A stretch of DNA of 64,000 nt from contig CAWIKF010000001.1 in the NCBI GenBank assembly GCA_963836755.1, positions 160,001 through 224,000 of the forward strand. The letters are read 5' to 3'. Positions 7,964 to 17,546 of this stretch are shown in pieces. A program made the position numbers and the translations under genes. Each line of letters opens with the position of its first letter. The stretch's first letter is position 1. Source of the DNA: an uncultured Verrucomicrobiae bacterium (GTDB lineage Bacteria; Verrucomicrobiota; Verrucomicrobiia; Chthoniobacterales; Chthoniobacteraceae). The notes below the pieces were generated by a model. It did no database searches. It was not told the origin of the DNA and saw only the letters and a list, made by a program, of their open reading frames with translations.

Positions 7964-10055
7964 GAAACTTTTTTCCAGTCGCAGCCATTTGTTTCAGCAA
8001 CTCGCAAGGCGAGAACTGTGGTCCGCCGACAGCCGCGAGCCGCTCGAGCTCGGCGTGAATTTGCGCGACGCCATTCGCGTCTGCGAACCGCAGCGGCCCG
8101 CCGCGAAACGGTGCGAAACCTGCGCCCATGATCATTCCAAAATCGACATCGGCCGCTTCATTCACGACCTGCTCCTCGAGGCAGCGCGCAGCCTCGTTCA
8201 CCATTAATAAAACCATGCGCCGTTGCAGCTCCTGCCGGCCGACTTCGTTAGCCGAATCGCCCTGCCGGAATTGTTTCGCTTCTTCATTGGGCCGGGCTTC
8301 CGCGCCTTTTTTATGAATGTAAAAACCGCGGCCGTTTTTCCTGCCGAGCATGCCCGCCTCCATCATTCGGACGAGCACTTGGGGCACGCGCAGGCGCTCG
8401 GGAAATTTTGCCGCCAGCGTGTTCGCGACATCGGTCGCGATATCGACACCGACCTCGTCGATCAACCGCAACGGCCCCATTGGCATTCCAAAGTCCAGCA
8501 TGGCTTCGTCAATATCCGCCACGCTCGCGCCCATTTCAAAAAAGCGGCCCGCCTCGATGAGATAGGGCAGCAGGATGCGGTTGACTAAAAAGCCGGGACT
8601 GTCGCGCACGACGACCGGCAATTTTCCAATCTGCTGCACGAAACGCAATGCCCGCTGAGCCGCTTCGGTGCTTGTTTCGCGGCCAATCACGACTTCGACC
8701 AGCTGCATGCGATGGACTGGATTAAAAAAGTGAATGCCGACGACGCGCGACGGGTTTTTTGTCGCGGCGGCGAGCTCGGAAATCGAAAGCGCAGACGTGT
8801 TTGTCGCGAGAACCGTGGAAGGATCAACGACTCCATCGAGCTGCGCAAAAATTTGTTTTTTCAAATCCATTTTTTCAACCGCGGCCTCGATCACCAAGTC
8901 AACGTTTCGCAGAGGAACTTCAACAGCCGATGGTGAAATCCGATCCATCCCATCGCGCGCTTCGAGCCGGCTCATCGCGCGCTTTTTCACGCCCGCATCG
9001 TAAAGCCGCGAGATGCGCGCCATTCCTGCTGCAACCCGCTCCGCGTCTATGTCGCGCAGGATCACGCGCAGGCCGCGCGCGCTGAGCCATTGCGCGATTC
9101 CGGCGCCCATCACGCCGGCGCCAATCACCGTCGCGCGGCGCGCCTTTGGCATTTCCAAATTCGGTGCCAGCGCGATTTTTTTCGCGCGTTCCTGCAGCAT
9201 GAAAATGCGGAGCAAATTTTTGCACTCATCCGTTCCAGCCAGCTCCAGCACAGCTTTGCGCTCATGCTCAAAGGATTCATTTTCATTCCATGACGAAGCA
9301 GCGGCAGTCACGACTTCGAGCGCTTTCAAGAGCGCCGGATAATGGCCGCGCGTCTTGCGCATCAGTCGCGAGCGGACCCACGGCGAGATGATCTGGCCGA
9401 GCGCCGCATTCAAAAGTGGAAGCTGCAGTGCGCCATTTCGACGCCGCCTCATGCCTTTGGCAATCACCTGCGAAGCCACGCGCAGCAAGGATTCGCGGGG
9501 AGCGAGGTCGTCAATCATGCCGAGCCGCAGCGCCTGTTTTGACGACGGAGTTTTGCCGCCAAGAATGACATCGAGCGCGCGCCCGACGCCGATCAAACGC
9601 GGCAGCCGCGTCGAGCCACCCCACGCCGGCAGAATGCCGAGCTTGGTTTCTGGCAGCCCAATTTTCGTGACGCGATCCGGCGATGCGATGCGGTAATCGC
9701 ACGCGAGGCAAATTTCATATCCGCCGCCGACGCACGCGCCGTGAATTGCGGCGACAGTCGGAATTTTTAGCGCAGAAACTTTTTTAAAAACATTTTGGCC
9801 AAGCTCGATGAATTGCCGGAGATCGGCTTCACCAAAGGTTTGCAGCGAATGCAGGTCCGCTCCGGCAATGAAGATCGCCGGCTTCGAGCTGATGAAAATG
9901 ACGCCGGAGATTTTTGCGTCGGATGCGATCGCGCCGAGATGTTCGGCGAGCTCAGCGAGAGTCGCGCGGTCGAAAATATTTGCGGCGGAATTTTCGCGAT
10001 CAAACGTTAGCACGCAAATGTTGTCGTCGTTGATTTCGCGCCGGATGTTTTCCAT
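7953..10055 (-). CDS. Enoyl-CoA hydratase / 3-hydroxyacyl-CoA dehydrogenase (FadJ/FadB-like)
   Basis: FIAGADL, GACVGGGYE, GLPETKLGILP, VIGAGVMGAGIA, GIHFFNPV. Confidence 0.95.
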   Translation of the reverse strand: MENIRREINDDNICVLTFDRENSAANIFDRATLAELAEHLGAIASDAKISGVIFISSKPAIFIAGADLHSLQTFGEADLRQFIELGQNVFKKVSALKIPTVAAIHGACVGGGYEICLACDYRIASPDRVTKIGLPETKLGILPAWGGSTRLPRLIGVGRALDVILGGKTPSSKQALRLGMIDDLAPRESLLRVASQVIAKGMRRRRNGALQLPLLNAALGQIISPWVRSRLMRKTRGHYPALLKALEVVTAAASSWNENESFEHERKAVLELAGTDECKNLLRIFMLQERAKKIALAPNLEMPKARRATVIGAGVMGAGIAQWLSARGLRVILRDIDAERVAAGMARISRLYDAGVKKRAMSRLEARDGMDRISPSAVEVPLRNVDLVIEAAVEKMDLKKQIFAQLDGVVDPSTVLATNTSALSISELAAATKNPSRVVGIHFFNPVHRMQLVEVVIGRETSTEAAQRALRFVQQIGKLPVVVRDSPGFLVNRILLPYLIEAGRFFEMGASVADIDEAMLDFGMPMGPLRLIDEVGVDIATDVANTLAAKFPERLRVPQVLVRMMEAGMLGRKNGRGFYIHKKGAEARPNEEAKQFRQGDSANEVGRQELQRRMVLLMVNEAARCLEEQVVNEAADVDFGMIMGAGFAPFRGGPLRFADANGVAQIHAELERLAAVGGPQFSPCELLKQMAATGKKFHES

Positions 10056-10056
10056 A

Positions 10057-11286
10057 TCAATCGCGCTCCAGCCAAAGTGCCGCGCCCTGGCCGCCGCCGA
10101 CGCATGCGGAAACGAGCGCTCTCTTTTCTCCACGCCGCGCCAGTTCTTTTAACGCTGTTAAAACGAGTCGCGCACCCGTCGCTCCGACAGGATGACCAAG
10201 CGCAATTGCGCCGCCATTGACGTTGAGACGATCGCGCGGGACATCGATTGTTTTCAAATCCGCGAGCACTTGCGCGGCAAAGGCTTCATTGATTTCGACA
10301 ATATCGGCGGCGCTCGCTTTCAATCCGTTGGCTGCCTCGAGTTTCTGAATTGCGAAGATCGGTCCGAGCCCCATTCGCGCCGGATCACAACCGACGTAAG
10401 CGTAGGCCGAAAGCCGGCCAAGCGGCTTGAATCCCAGCTCCGCGGCCTTTTGCTCGCCCATCACGAGCAATGCCACGGCACCGTCAGTGATCTGCGAAGA
10501 GTTGCCAGCAGTGACGGTGCCGTGCCGATCAAAGACTGGTCGCAATTTGCCGAGTATCTCGAGCGACTGCTCGCGGCGCGGGCCGTTGTCGGCAGTGACG
10601 GCGCGGTCTTGTCCTGGAAGAAAAACAGGGCAGATTTCCGCCGCGAGTTTTTCCCGCGCCTCCACTGCGCGCGCGTGGGATTTGAGCGCGAATGCATCCT
10701 GCTCCGCACGCGTGACGTGAGCCTCGCGCGCGAGCACCTCGGCCGTTTCGCCCATGTTTAATCCGGAAACTGGATCAGTGAGCCCGAGCCGCAGACCGAC
10801 GCGCGGCGCAAAATCGGAGAAATGAAATGCGCTCCACGCGCGAAGCTTCGCGAAAAAGTTTTTCGCCTTTGCGAGTGCGGCAAATTTTCTCGCCGTCGAT
10901 TGTTTAAAGAATAGCGGGATCTGCGACATGCTTTCCGTGCCGCCGACGATGAATATGGAACCGCGTCCCGCAGCGAGGCGCTCGGCGGCGAGCGTGATTG
11001 CCTCAAAGCCGGAGGCGCAATTGCGATGCACCGTCACCGCCGGAACGGACTCGGGAATGCCCGCCCGCAAAGCGATGACGCGGGCGACATTGGCGGCTTC
11101 ATGAGGTTGCGCAACGCAGCCGAAAATCACTTCGTCCACAATGTTCGGATCGATGCCGGTGCGCAGCAGCATCGCGTTGACTGCGATGCGACCGAGCTCA
11201 TCTGCGGCAAGTCCGGCAAGGTCGGTGCCGGCTTTGCAAAAAGGCGTGCGGACCCCGTCGATGATCACGAGGCGCTGGTCATTCAT
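10057..11286 (-). CDS. Acetyl-CoA C-acyltransferase (thiolase, FadI-like)
   Basis: HRNCASG, NEAFAAQ, GHPVGATG, CVGGGQG. Confidence 0.95.
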   Translation of the reverse strand: MNDQRLVIIDGVRTPFCKAGTDLAGLAADELGRIAVNAMLLRTGIDPNIVDEVIFGCVAQPHEAANVARVIALRAGIPESVPAVTVHRNCASGFEAITLAAERLAAGRGSIFIVGGTESMSQIPLFFKQSTARKFAALAKAKNFFAKLRAWSAFHFSDFAPRVGLRLGLTDPVSGLNMGETAEVLAREAHVTRAEQDAFALKSHARAVEAREKLAAEICPVFLPGQDRAVTADNGPRREQSLEILGKLRPVFDRHGTVTAGNSSQITDGAVALLVMGEQKAAELGFKPLGRLSAYAYVGCDPARMGLGPIFAIQKLEAANGLKASAADIVEINEAFAAQVLADLKTIDVPRDRLNVNGGAIALGHPVGATGARLVLTALKELARRGEKRALVSACVGGGQGAALWLERD

Positions 11287-12752
11287 GCGCCGCTCCCGTT
11301 TCGTGATCGACGCCATTTGGCCGATGATCGACGACGCGCTGCTCCTTCAACGCAATGCCGACGCCTTGCAGGCGGCGCAGTTCCGCTTCGTTGTGAAATA
11401 AAATCCGGTTCGGATGAATCTCCGTCTCAGCCGCAAAGCGTTCGTTTAACTCCATGCGAAGTTGCTCGTCTGGCACGTCATCGCGTTTTTGCACGTGCAG
11501 GATCAATTCGTCCACATCCAGCGGCATCGTCATTCGCCTTGCGGATCTCGAGCTGCCAGGTTCCGACGTGGCCGGCGTTGTCCAGCACGTGCTCGAGATG
11601 ATTAAAATCGACGAGCGTGCCCTTGAGTTTATCGAGCCGCATTTCCTTGACCTCGGAGCTGCGCGAAATATTCCCGATGAGCCGTGGAAGCTGGCGGCGG
11701 CAATGCGGACAGCGCTCATGCGTGAGGCCGCCCTCGATGAAATCGCCGGTGCGATAACGAAGCACCACGCTGCCACGCGCATCGAGCGGAGTCCAAACCA
11801 GCTCGCCCGGCTCGTGGTCGCCGCGCGGCTCTCCGCTCGCCGGGTCAATTATTTCAAAAATGCCAAGATCGGGGTTCAAATGATATCCGCTCTGTTGCTC
11901 TCCCGCCGGGCATTGCGCCCACGCCATTTTCGCCTCGGTGAATCCATAGGTGGGCAGCACATCGACGGTTTCTGCGCCGAGTTGCCGCGCGAGATGACGC
12001 AATTTTCGTCGCATTCCCGAGGGCACTTTTTCGCCGCCAAGCACGATTTTTTTAAGCTGAGGGCAGCGCACTCCGTCCAGCAGTGCCGCCCGCAAAACAT
12101 GATAGGTAAAGGTCGGCATGCCGATGAGCACATTCGGTTTTACTTTTTTGATGAGGCGCAGATTGCCGTCGGTGCCGAGTGTTTTGCCGCCGCCCGAGCT
12201 GACGACGAAGACGCCGAATTCCGTGCCGGCGTAATGCGTGACCCAAAACGCGAGGTGCGGCGCGAAGGGGAACATATTGATCATGCGCATGTCGCGCCGC
12301 GCGCCGCAAATTTGCATGACACGCGAGCCAGTGAGCCCGAGATGATCGATGTCGCGCTGCGTGTAAATGAACGGGATCGGATCGGCCGAGCGGCCCGTGG
12401 TGCTCGTCATCATGAGCGGGCGAAACTCGCGCTCAAATTTTTCCGTGACGTATTCGCGGCCGTGCAGAAGCGCATCGGCGACGGAGGAAAAACGGCGTGA
12501 AAGAATTTTGCTGTCAGGCGTGAGGACGATTTTTTTCGGATCATCGAGCAGATCGCTTTTCACCGTGAACGGAATGCGGCGAAGATCATCCAGGCTGCGA
12601 ATCGCCGACGCGCTGATTTTATTTTGCCGAAAAAGTTCGCGATAAAACGGCGAAAACGGGAGCACGGTGCGCTCGAGATAATTGAGCAGCTTCGCGGCTT
12701 GGGCCTTGTGGAGCGCGGATTTAGAAAGCGACTGCCAGAGGGGCGTGTTCAT
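11279..12752 (-). CDS. Phenylacetate-CoA ligase family (PaaK-like) adenylating enzyme, frameshifted at ~11525
   Basis: TSTTGRS, YGFTE, LRYRTGD motifs. The natural-looking C-terminus PLDVDELILHV...KEQRVVDHRP lies in another frame and ends at 11279, overlapping the thiolase start. Confidence 0.85.
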
Positions 12753-14718
12753 TTTTTCCAGCCAGCGCCTTGATTTGCGGCAGTTGATCTTCAGCGACCT
12801 TGCGGCCGAGGGCGATATATTTTCCGGGGTTTGTAAAATCGTGCCAGCGCGCGTCGCAAGTCCACGGACGCAACACCACGTCCGCCTCGCGGCCGGCATT
12901 TTCCGCGACGCGTGTCTGCACGCCGTGGATGCTGCGCAACATCGTGTCCAGGACGTTCCCGCGAGCGAAGTAGTTGAGGTGCCTGTTTAAAAACGTGCTG
13001 AGACTAAAGCGATGCGCATGCTGACGGCCGGCTTCTTTTTCCGCGTCGAGACAATGCCGCAGGCGCTCCGGTGTCGGAATCGTGTTGACGGCAATGACGC
13101 GCTCGATGCCCATCTCGCTCAGCACATCCACCGGCAGCGGATCGGCGATGCCGCCGTCGATGAATACTTTGCCGTCGATCGTCACTGGCACGCAAATTCC
13201 AGGGATGGCAATGCTCGCCTCGACTGCTTGCGCGACTTCACCGGTCGAAAACACCACGCGCTCCAGCGTGTCGAGATGAGTGGCTACGACGCGCAGCGGC
13301 CGGACCATTTCAGAAAAATGAGAACGCCCGATGGAGCGATGAAGCCGCCCCAGGGCGCGGCGCGTTCGCAAAAACCCCTGGCGCGGCGGAATGACTGGAT
13401 CGACCACATATAGTAGTCCCCATCGCTTCTCGACCTCGCGCGCAATTTTCTCGCAGACCTGGCCATCGTGTCCATAAGCCCAGACTGCGCCGACATACGC
13501 GCCCATACTGGAACCGGCGACCGCATCGATCTCGATGCCATTTTCTTCCAGCACCTGAATGACACCTATGTGAGCCAGTCCTTTCGCGCCTCCGGAAGAA
13601 AGGGCGAGACCTACACGCGACCTGCTTATTTCGCGCGCAAGACTGTTGACGTGCAAGGGATAATTTCCAACGCGATCCATGAGTCCGGTGGAGCCGACGA
13701 TCGGATAGCCTCTCAAGAAAGAATGCACAGGCTGGCCGAGGTGCCGGAGATCGGAGCTCAAGTCAGTGGCTGGTCCGCTTTGTTCAGCGCAAACGATCGG
13801 TCTGATGTGATGGCACTGGCCATTGGACTGTGCCTCAATTTGTTTGATCAGCAGACGGAAGTTGTAAAGGTTCCCGGCATCGGGTTGAAGAAAGACATAG
13901 GCCAGGTCGGATTGAATTAAACATTCGAGAGACGACGCGACTCCTATTTCATCGCTCACTTGCAGGATGACATAAGGAAAATGTGAACCGAAATGGCTGA
14001 GCAAAGGCGCGATGTAAGTCGCTTCACGAGGATCGCCACTGACAAAGAAGTTCAATTCATGAAAGCCATCACGTTCGCGCAAATCCCTGTAAAAACAAAA
14101 TTCTCCATTTATTTCGGAACCTATCCTAGCCCAGTCTCTCAGCGATAGCTTCTGCGGACTTGGCAGCAGATGAACCAACAGCACGCTGCCAGCGCCAATC
14201 TTATGCAGACTTTTGGCGAGCCGCTCGGCCACTGCCCATTCGTGAACTCGAGGAGACAACGAGAGCAAGGAGACAATTCGTTTTTCTCGTCTTGAACTTT
14301 CGCGCTCCTGCTTGAGCTTTCTTGTAACTGTTTCGGAAAATCGCCCGGCAAGACTCGGCTTTTCCTTAAAGAGCTCAAGTAACTCCTTGCCGGGGATGCG
14401 AAATAAAACACTATGAGTCACCACCGTGACTCTCGAGCGATAAGGTTCCTGATTCAGCAACTCGCGTTCACCCAGAGTATCTCCAGGACCAAAAACTTCC
14501 TGCGCCATTTCGCCATCTGCCACGCGATGAGACTCGCAGCGTCCACTGATGATCAAGTAGATTGCGTCGCAAGGATCGCCTTCACAAAAGACGATACTCC
14601 CTTTTGGATATTCCTTTAACGCAGAGCCAGAGATTAACCCCCGCAGGGTGATGGTGGGCAGCAACGAAAGCAGAGGATGCGACCGCAAAAAGTGAGGATT
14701 GATTCTCATATCCACCAT
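12721..14718 (-). CDS. cNMP-binding domain plus patatin-like phospholipase (NTE family)
   Basis: N-terminal cNMP domain (EGDPCDAIYLIISG, GDTLGE); patatin motifs SSGGAKG, GSSMG, DGG. Confidence 0.92.
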   Translation of the reverse strand: MVDMRINPHFLRSHPLLSLLPTITLRGLISGSALKEYPKGSIVFCEGDPCDAIYLIISGRCESHRVADGEMAQEVFGPGDTLGERELLNQEPYRSRVTVVTHSVLFRIPGKELLELFKEKPSLAGRFSETVTRKLKQERESSRREKRIVSLLSLSPRVHEWAVAERLAKSLHKIGAGSVLLVHLLPSPQKLSLRDWARIGSEINGEFCFYRDLRERDGFHELNFFVSGDPREATYIAPLLSHFGSHFPYVILQVSDEIGVASSLECLIQSDLAYVFLQPDAGNLYNFRLLIKQIEAQSNGQCHHIRPIVCAEQSGPATDLSSDLRHLGQPVHSFLRGYPIVGSTGLMDRVGNYPLHVNSLAREISRSRVGLALSSGGAKGLAHIGVIQVLEENGIEIDAVAGSSMGAYVGAVWAYGHDGQVCEKIAREVEKRWGLLYVVDPVIPPRQGFLRTRRALGRLHRSIGRSHFSEMVRPLRVVATHLDTLERVVFSTGEVAQAVEASIAIPGICVPVTIDGKVFIDGGIADPLPVDVLSEMGIERVIAVNTIPTPERLRHCLDAEKEAGRQHAHRFSLSTFLNRHLNYFARGNVLDTMLRSIHGVQTRVAENAGREADVVLRPWTCDARWHDFTNPGKYIALGRKVAEDQLPQIKALAGKNEHAPLAVAF

Positions 14719-14823
14719 CTCACCCGCAGCGGATGGCTGTCATTTACGTGGATCGGCAGTCTATTGCTGCTGGCTTAGACTATCTTATAGCACAAGCCAT
14801 ACTAACTCCAGCGAAGCTGCTTG

Positions 14824-16044
14824 TCAAAACGTATGGATGAAAAGTCCCGAGCGCAGCTTCGGCTCAAACCATGTGCTTTTGGGAGGCATGATTTGGTCCG
14901 CATCGGCGATATTCATCAGCTGCTCGACCGTGGTTGGATACATTGAAAAAGCAACCGCGGCGCGCCCATCGCGGACACGTGATTCCAATTCATCTGTGCC
15001 CCGAATACCTCCGATGAAGTCAATGCGTTTGCTGGTGCGTGGATCATCAATGCCTAGCACTGGCGAAAGCAGCTTCTCCTGCAGGACTGTCACATCCAAA
15101 CGCGAGATAGGATCCGCTGCGGCGTCTGGTTTCCAGGTTAGCAAAAGCCATTCACCATTTAAAAACATACAAATCTCTCCTGACTTTTTCGGAGTAGCGG
15201 CTCTTGCGGGGACTACTTGGAAGATCCCTTTTACCTTATCAAGGAACTCCGCGCTGCTATGCCCGTGCAAATCATGCACAGCACGGTTGTAGGGCAGTAT
15301 CTGGAGCTGGCTTGCAGGAAATAAGACAGCTAGGAACCAGTTGTAGTCTTCCGTCCCATTGTGGTTGGGATTTTTCGCACGGCGTTCGCGGCCTACGCGC
15401 GCGGCGCTGGCGGTGCGATGATGGCCATCCGCGACATATGCCACGGCGACTTCAGTGAAGGTATCGACAAAGTTCGGATACTTTGCAATTCGCCAGACCG
15501 TGTGCTGGATCTCATCCGGTGCAGTAAAATTGTAGAGCGGGGCTTCCTTCTTTTCGGCGACTATCATTTCATTCAGAGCAAGATTGTCGCGATAAGTCAA
15601 AAACACCGGACCTGTATCTGCACTGAGAGTATCAATCAGACGCGTGCGGTCGTCTTCCTTGTCCTTGCGAGTTTTTTCATGCTTCTTGATGACATTGGCT
15701 TCGTAGTCTTCGACATGACATAAGGCGACGAGACCTGTCTGGGAATGCGCTCCCATTCTTTGTTCGTAAAGGTATAAGCAAGGGCTGGTCTCCCGAATCA
15801 ATGCGCCGCTGAATTGCATGGCGTCAAAGTTCTCCCGCGCCTTGGCGTAAACTTCAGGAGAGTAGGGATCAGTCGACGGAGGCATGTCTATCTCAGCGCG
15901 ATCAACATGGAGCAAGCTGTAAGGATTGTCTTTTGCCAAAGCTGCTGCTTCTTCGCGATCAACTACATCGTAAGGGACGCAAGCTACTTGCGAAACCAGC
16001 TTCTCGGCGGGACGGAGACCTTTGAAGGCGCGAATGCGTAACAT
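14824..16044 (-). CDS. DUF1015 family protein
   Basis: PYDVV, KKHEKT, YVADGHHR, MPPKSTWFEPKLRSGL. Confidence 0.92.
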   Translation of the reverse strand: MLRIRAFKGLRPAEKLVSQVACVPYDVVDREEAAALAKDNPYSLLHVDRAEIDMPPSTDPYSPEVYAKARENFDAMQFSGALIRETSPCLYLYEQRMGAHSQTGLVALCHVEDYEANVIKKHEKTRKDKEDDRTRLIDTLSADTGPVFLTYRDNLALNEMIVAEKKEAPLYNFTAPDEIQHTVWRIAKYPNFVDTFTEVAVAYVADGHHRTASAARVGRERRAKNPNHNGTEDYNWFLAVLFPASQLQILPYNRAVHDLHGHSSAEFLDKVKGIFQVVPARAATPKKSGEICMFLNGEWLLLTWKPDAAADPISRLDVTVLQEKLLSPVLGIDDPRTSKRIDFIGGIRGTDELESRVRDGRAAVAFSMYPTTVEQLMNIADADQIMPPKSTWFEPKLRSGLFIHTF

Positions 16045-16111
16045 TTGATGAGTCTAAGTGTTCTCGGACCACGGCCAAGCAAATCCGAGCTCCAGCGAAT
16101 TCCTTCAGTCG

Positions 16112-16309
16112 TTAGCCGCCGGCGACGATGCGGATAATTTCCACGCGGTCTCCGTGCCGCAATTCTGCGTTCCATTCCTCGCGGTGCAGCGCAAGGCCAT
16201 TCTGCTCTACGAGAAGCGCGGCGGCGGGCAGACCGAGTTCGGTGACAAGTGCGGAAATAGTTTGCGCCGTGGCAATTTCGCGCGCGTCACCGTTGAGGAA
16301 AATCCTCAC
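16112..16309 (-). CDS. thiS: Sulfur carrier protein ThiS
   Basis: 65 aa ending GDRVEIIRIVAGG; GTG start overlaps the thiH stop. Confidence 0.93.
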   Translation of the reverse strand: MRIFLNGDAREIATAQTISALVTELGLPAAALLVEQNGLALHREEWNAELRHGDRVEIIRIVAGG

Positions 16310-17421
16310 GAGCCGAGGATCGCATGGTCCCAGTCTTTCCAAACGGGATCGTAGCCGCGCCGACGCAGCAATTCCGCTACTTCGTGAGGCGAGCGCTCAT
16401 CGGCAATCGCAAATTGCTCCGTCGCGTTTGCCGCGGGGTCGAGATGTTCTGGCGTGATTTGCCGGCCGTGCACCGTCTGGTGCAGTGCGCGTTTCCCCTG
16501 GCCGGTGTAGCCGCCCGGCTCGGTGTGGCTGCCCGCGCTCATCATCGTCACGCCGAGCGGCAGCAGACTGTCACGCAATCCAGGCGCCTCGCGAGTGCTG
16601 AGCACCATGCCGACTTGCGGAAAAGTGAGGCGCAGTGCGCAGAGGAGCTGCGCGAATTCGCGGTCGGGCAGGGGATGTGTAGGCTGAAACTCGCCCGGCG
16701 CCGGGCGCAAGCGAGGGAGGCTCACGGTGATCTGCGCCTTCCAGCAGTTTCTTAACAAATGATTGACGTGTGCTGCGAGCATCAGCGCTTCCTCGCGCCA
16801 ATCCCAAAGGCCAAAAAGCGCGCCGACTCCTATGCGCCGAAACCCCGCTGCGTAAGCGCGCTCGGGGCACGCGAGTCGCCAGTCATAATCTTTTTTCGGT
16901 CCGCTCCGGTGCATCTCGGCGTAGGTCGCGCGATGATACGTTTCCTGATAAACAACCAGCGCGTCTGCTCCGGCGCGCACCAGCGGTTCGTAGTCCGCCG
17001 TCTCCATCGGGCCGACCTCGAGCGACACGCTCGGAATTTCCGCCGCGAGCCGCCGCACGCACATTTCCAGATAACCGTTGGAAACAAACTTCGGATGCTC
17101 GCCGGCCACCAGCAGCACATTGCGAAAACCTTCCGCCGCGAGATGCCGCGCCTCGCGCATCACCTCGTCGATTTCCAGCGTCACGCGCAGGATCGGATTT
17201 TCGCGCGAGAATCCGCAGTAAGCGCATGAGTTGATGCATTCATTGGAAAGATAAAGCGGCGCGAAAAGCCGAATTGTGCGGCCAAAATTCTGCAGCGTGA
17301 GCGCCTGCGCATCGCGCGCCATTTTTTCCAGATCCGCATCGCTCTTCGGCCCGAGCATCCCCGCGAAACGGCGCAGCACGGGCGTTCGCAGGGAGTGGAC
17401 GAGCGATTCGGCGAGCGTCAT
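16306..17421 (-). CDS. thiH: 2-iminoacetate synthase (radical SAM)
   Basis: LFAPLYLSNECINSCAYCGF, VYQETY, SLPRLRP, MSAGSHTEPGGY, QFAIADER. Confidence 0.93.
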   Translation of the reverse strand: MTLAESLVHSLRTPVLRRFAGMLGPKSDADLEKMARDAQALTLQNFGRTIRLFAPLYLSNECINSCAYCGFSRENPILRVTLEIDEVMREARHLAAEGFRNVLLVAGEHPKFVSNGYLEMCVRRLAAEIPSVSLEVGPMETADYEPLVRAGADALVVYQETYHRATYAEMHRSGPKKDYDWRLACPERAYAAGFRRIGVGALFGLWDWREEALMLAAHVNHLLRNCWKAQITVSLPRLRPAPGEFQPTHPLPDREFAQLLCALRLTFPQVGMVLSTREAPGLRDSLLPLGVTMMSAGSHTEPGGYTGQGKRALHQTVHGRQITPEHLDPAANATEQFAIADERSPHEVAELLRRRGYDPVWKDWDHAILGS

Positions 17422-17546
17422 GGAATGCTTAATATGAAGCGATGCGGCACGATGACAACGCGTTTTCGTCCGTCGGATGAAACAACTTGCGCCGCGTGGA
17501 AAAGGCGGCGTTTATGCGGCGCGATGCGCAAAGTTTTTCGACCGCT

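Noticed and set aside
11454..12500. 348-aa plus-strand ORF
   Set aside because: Antisense to the CoA ligase; explained by codon bias.
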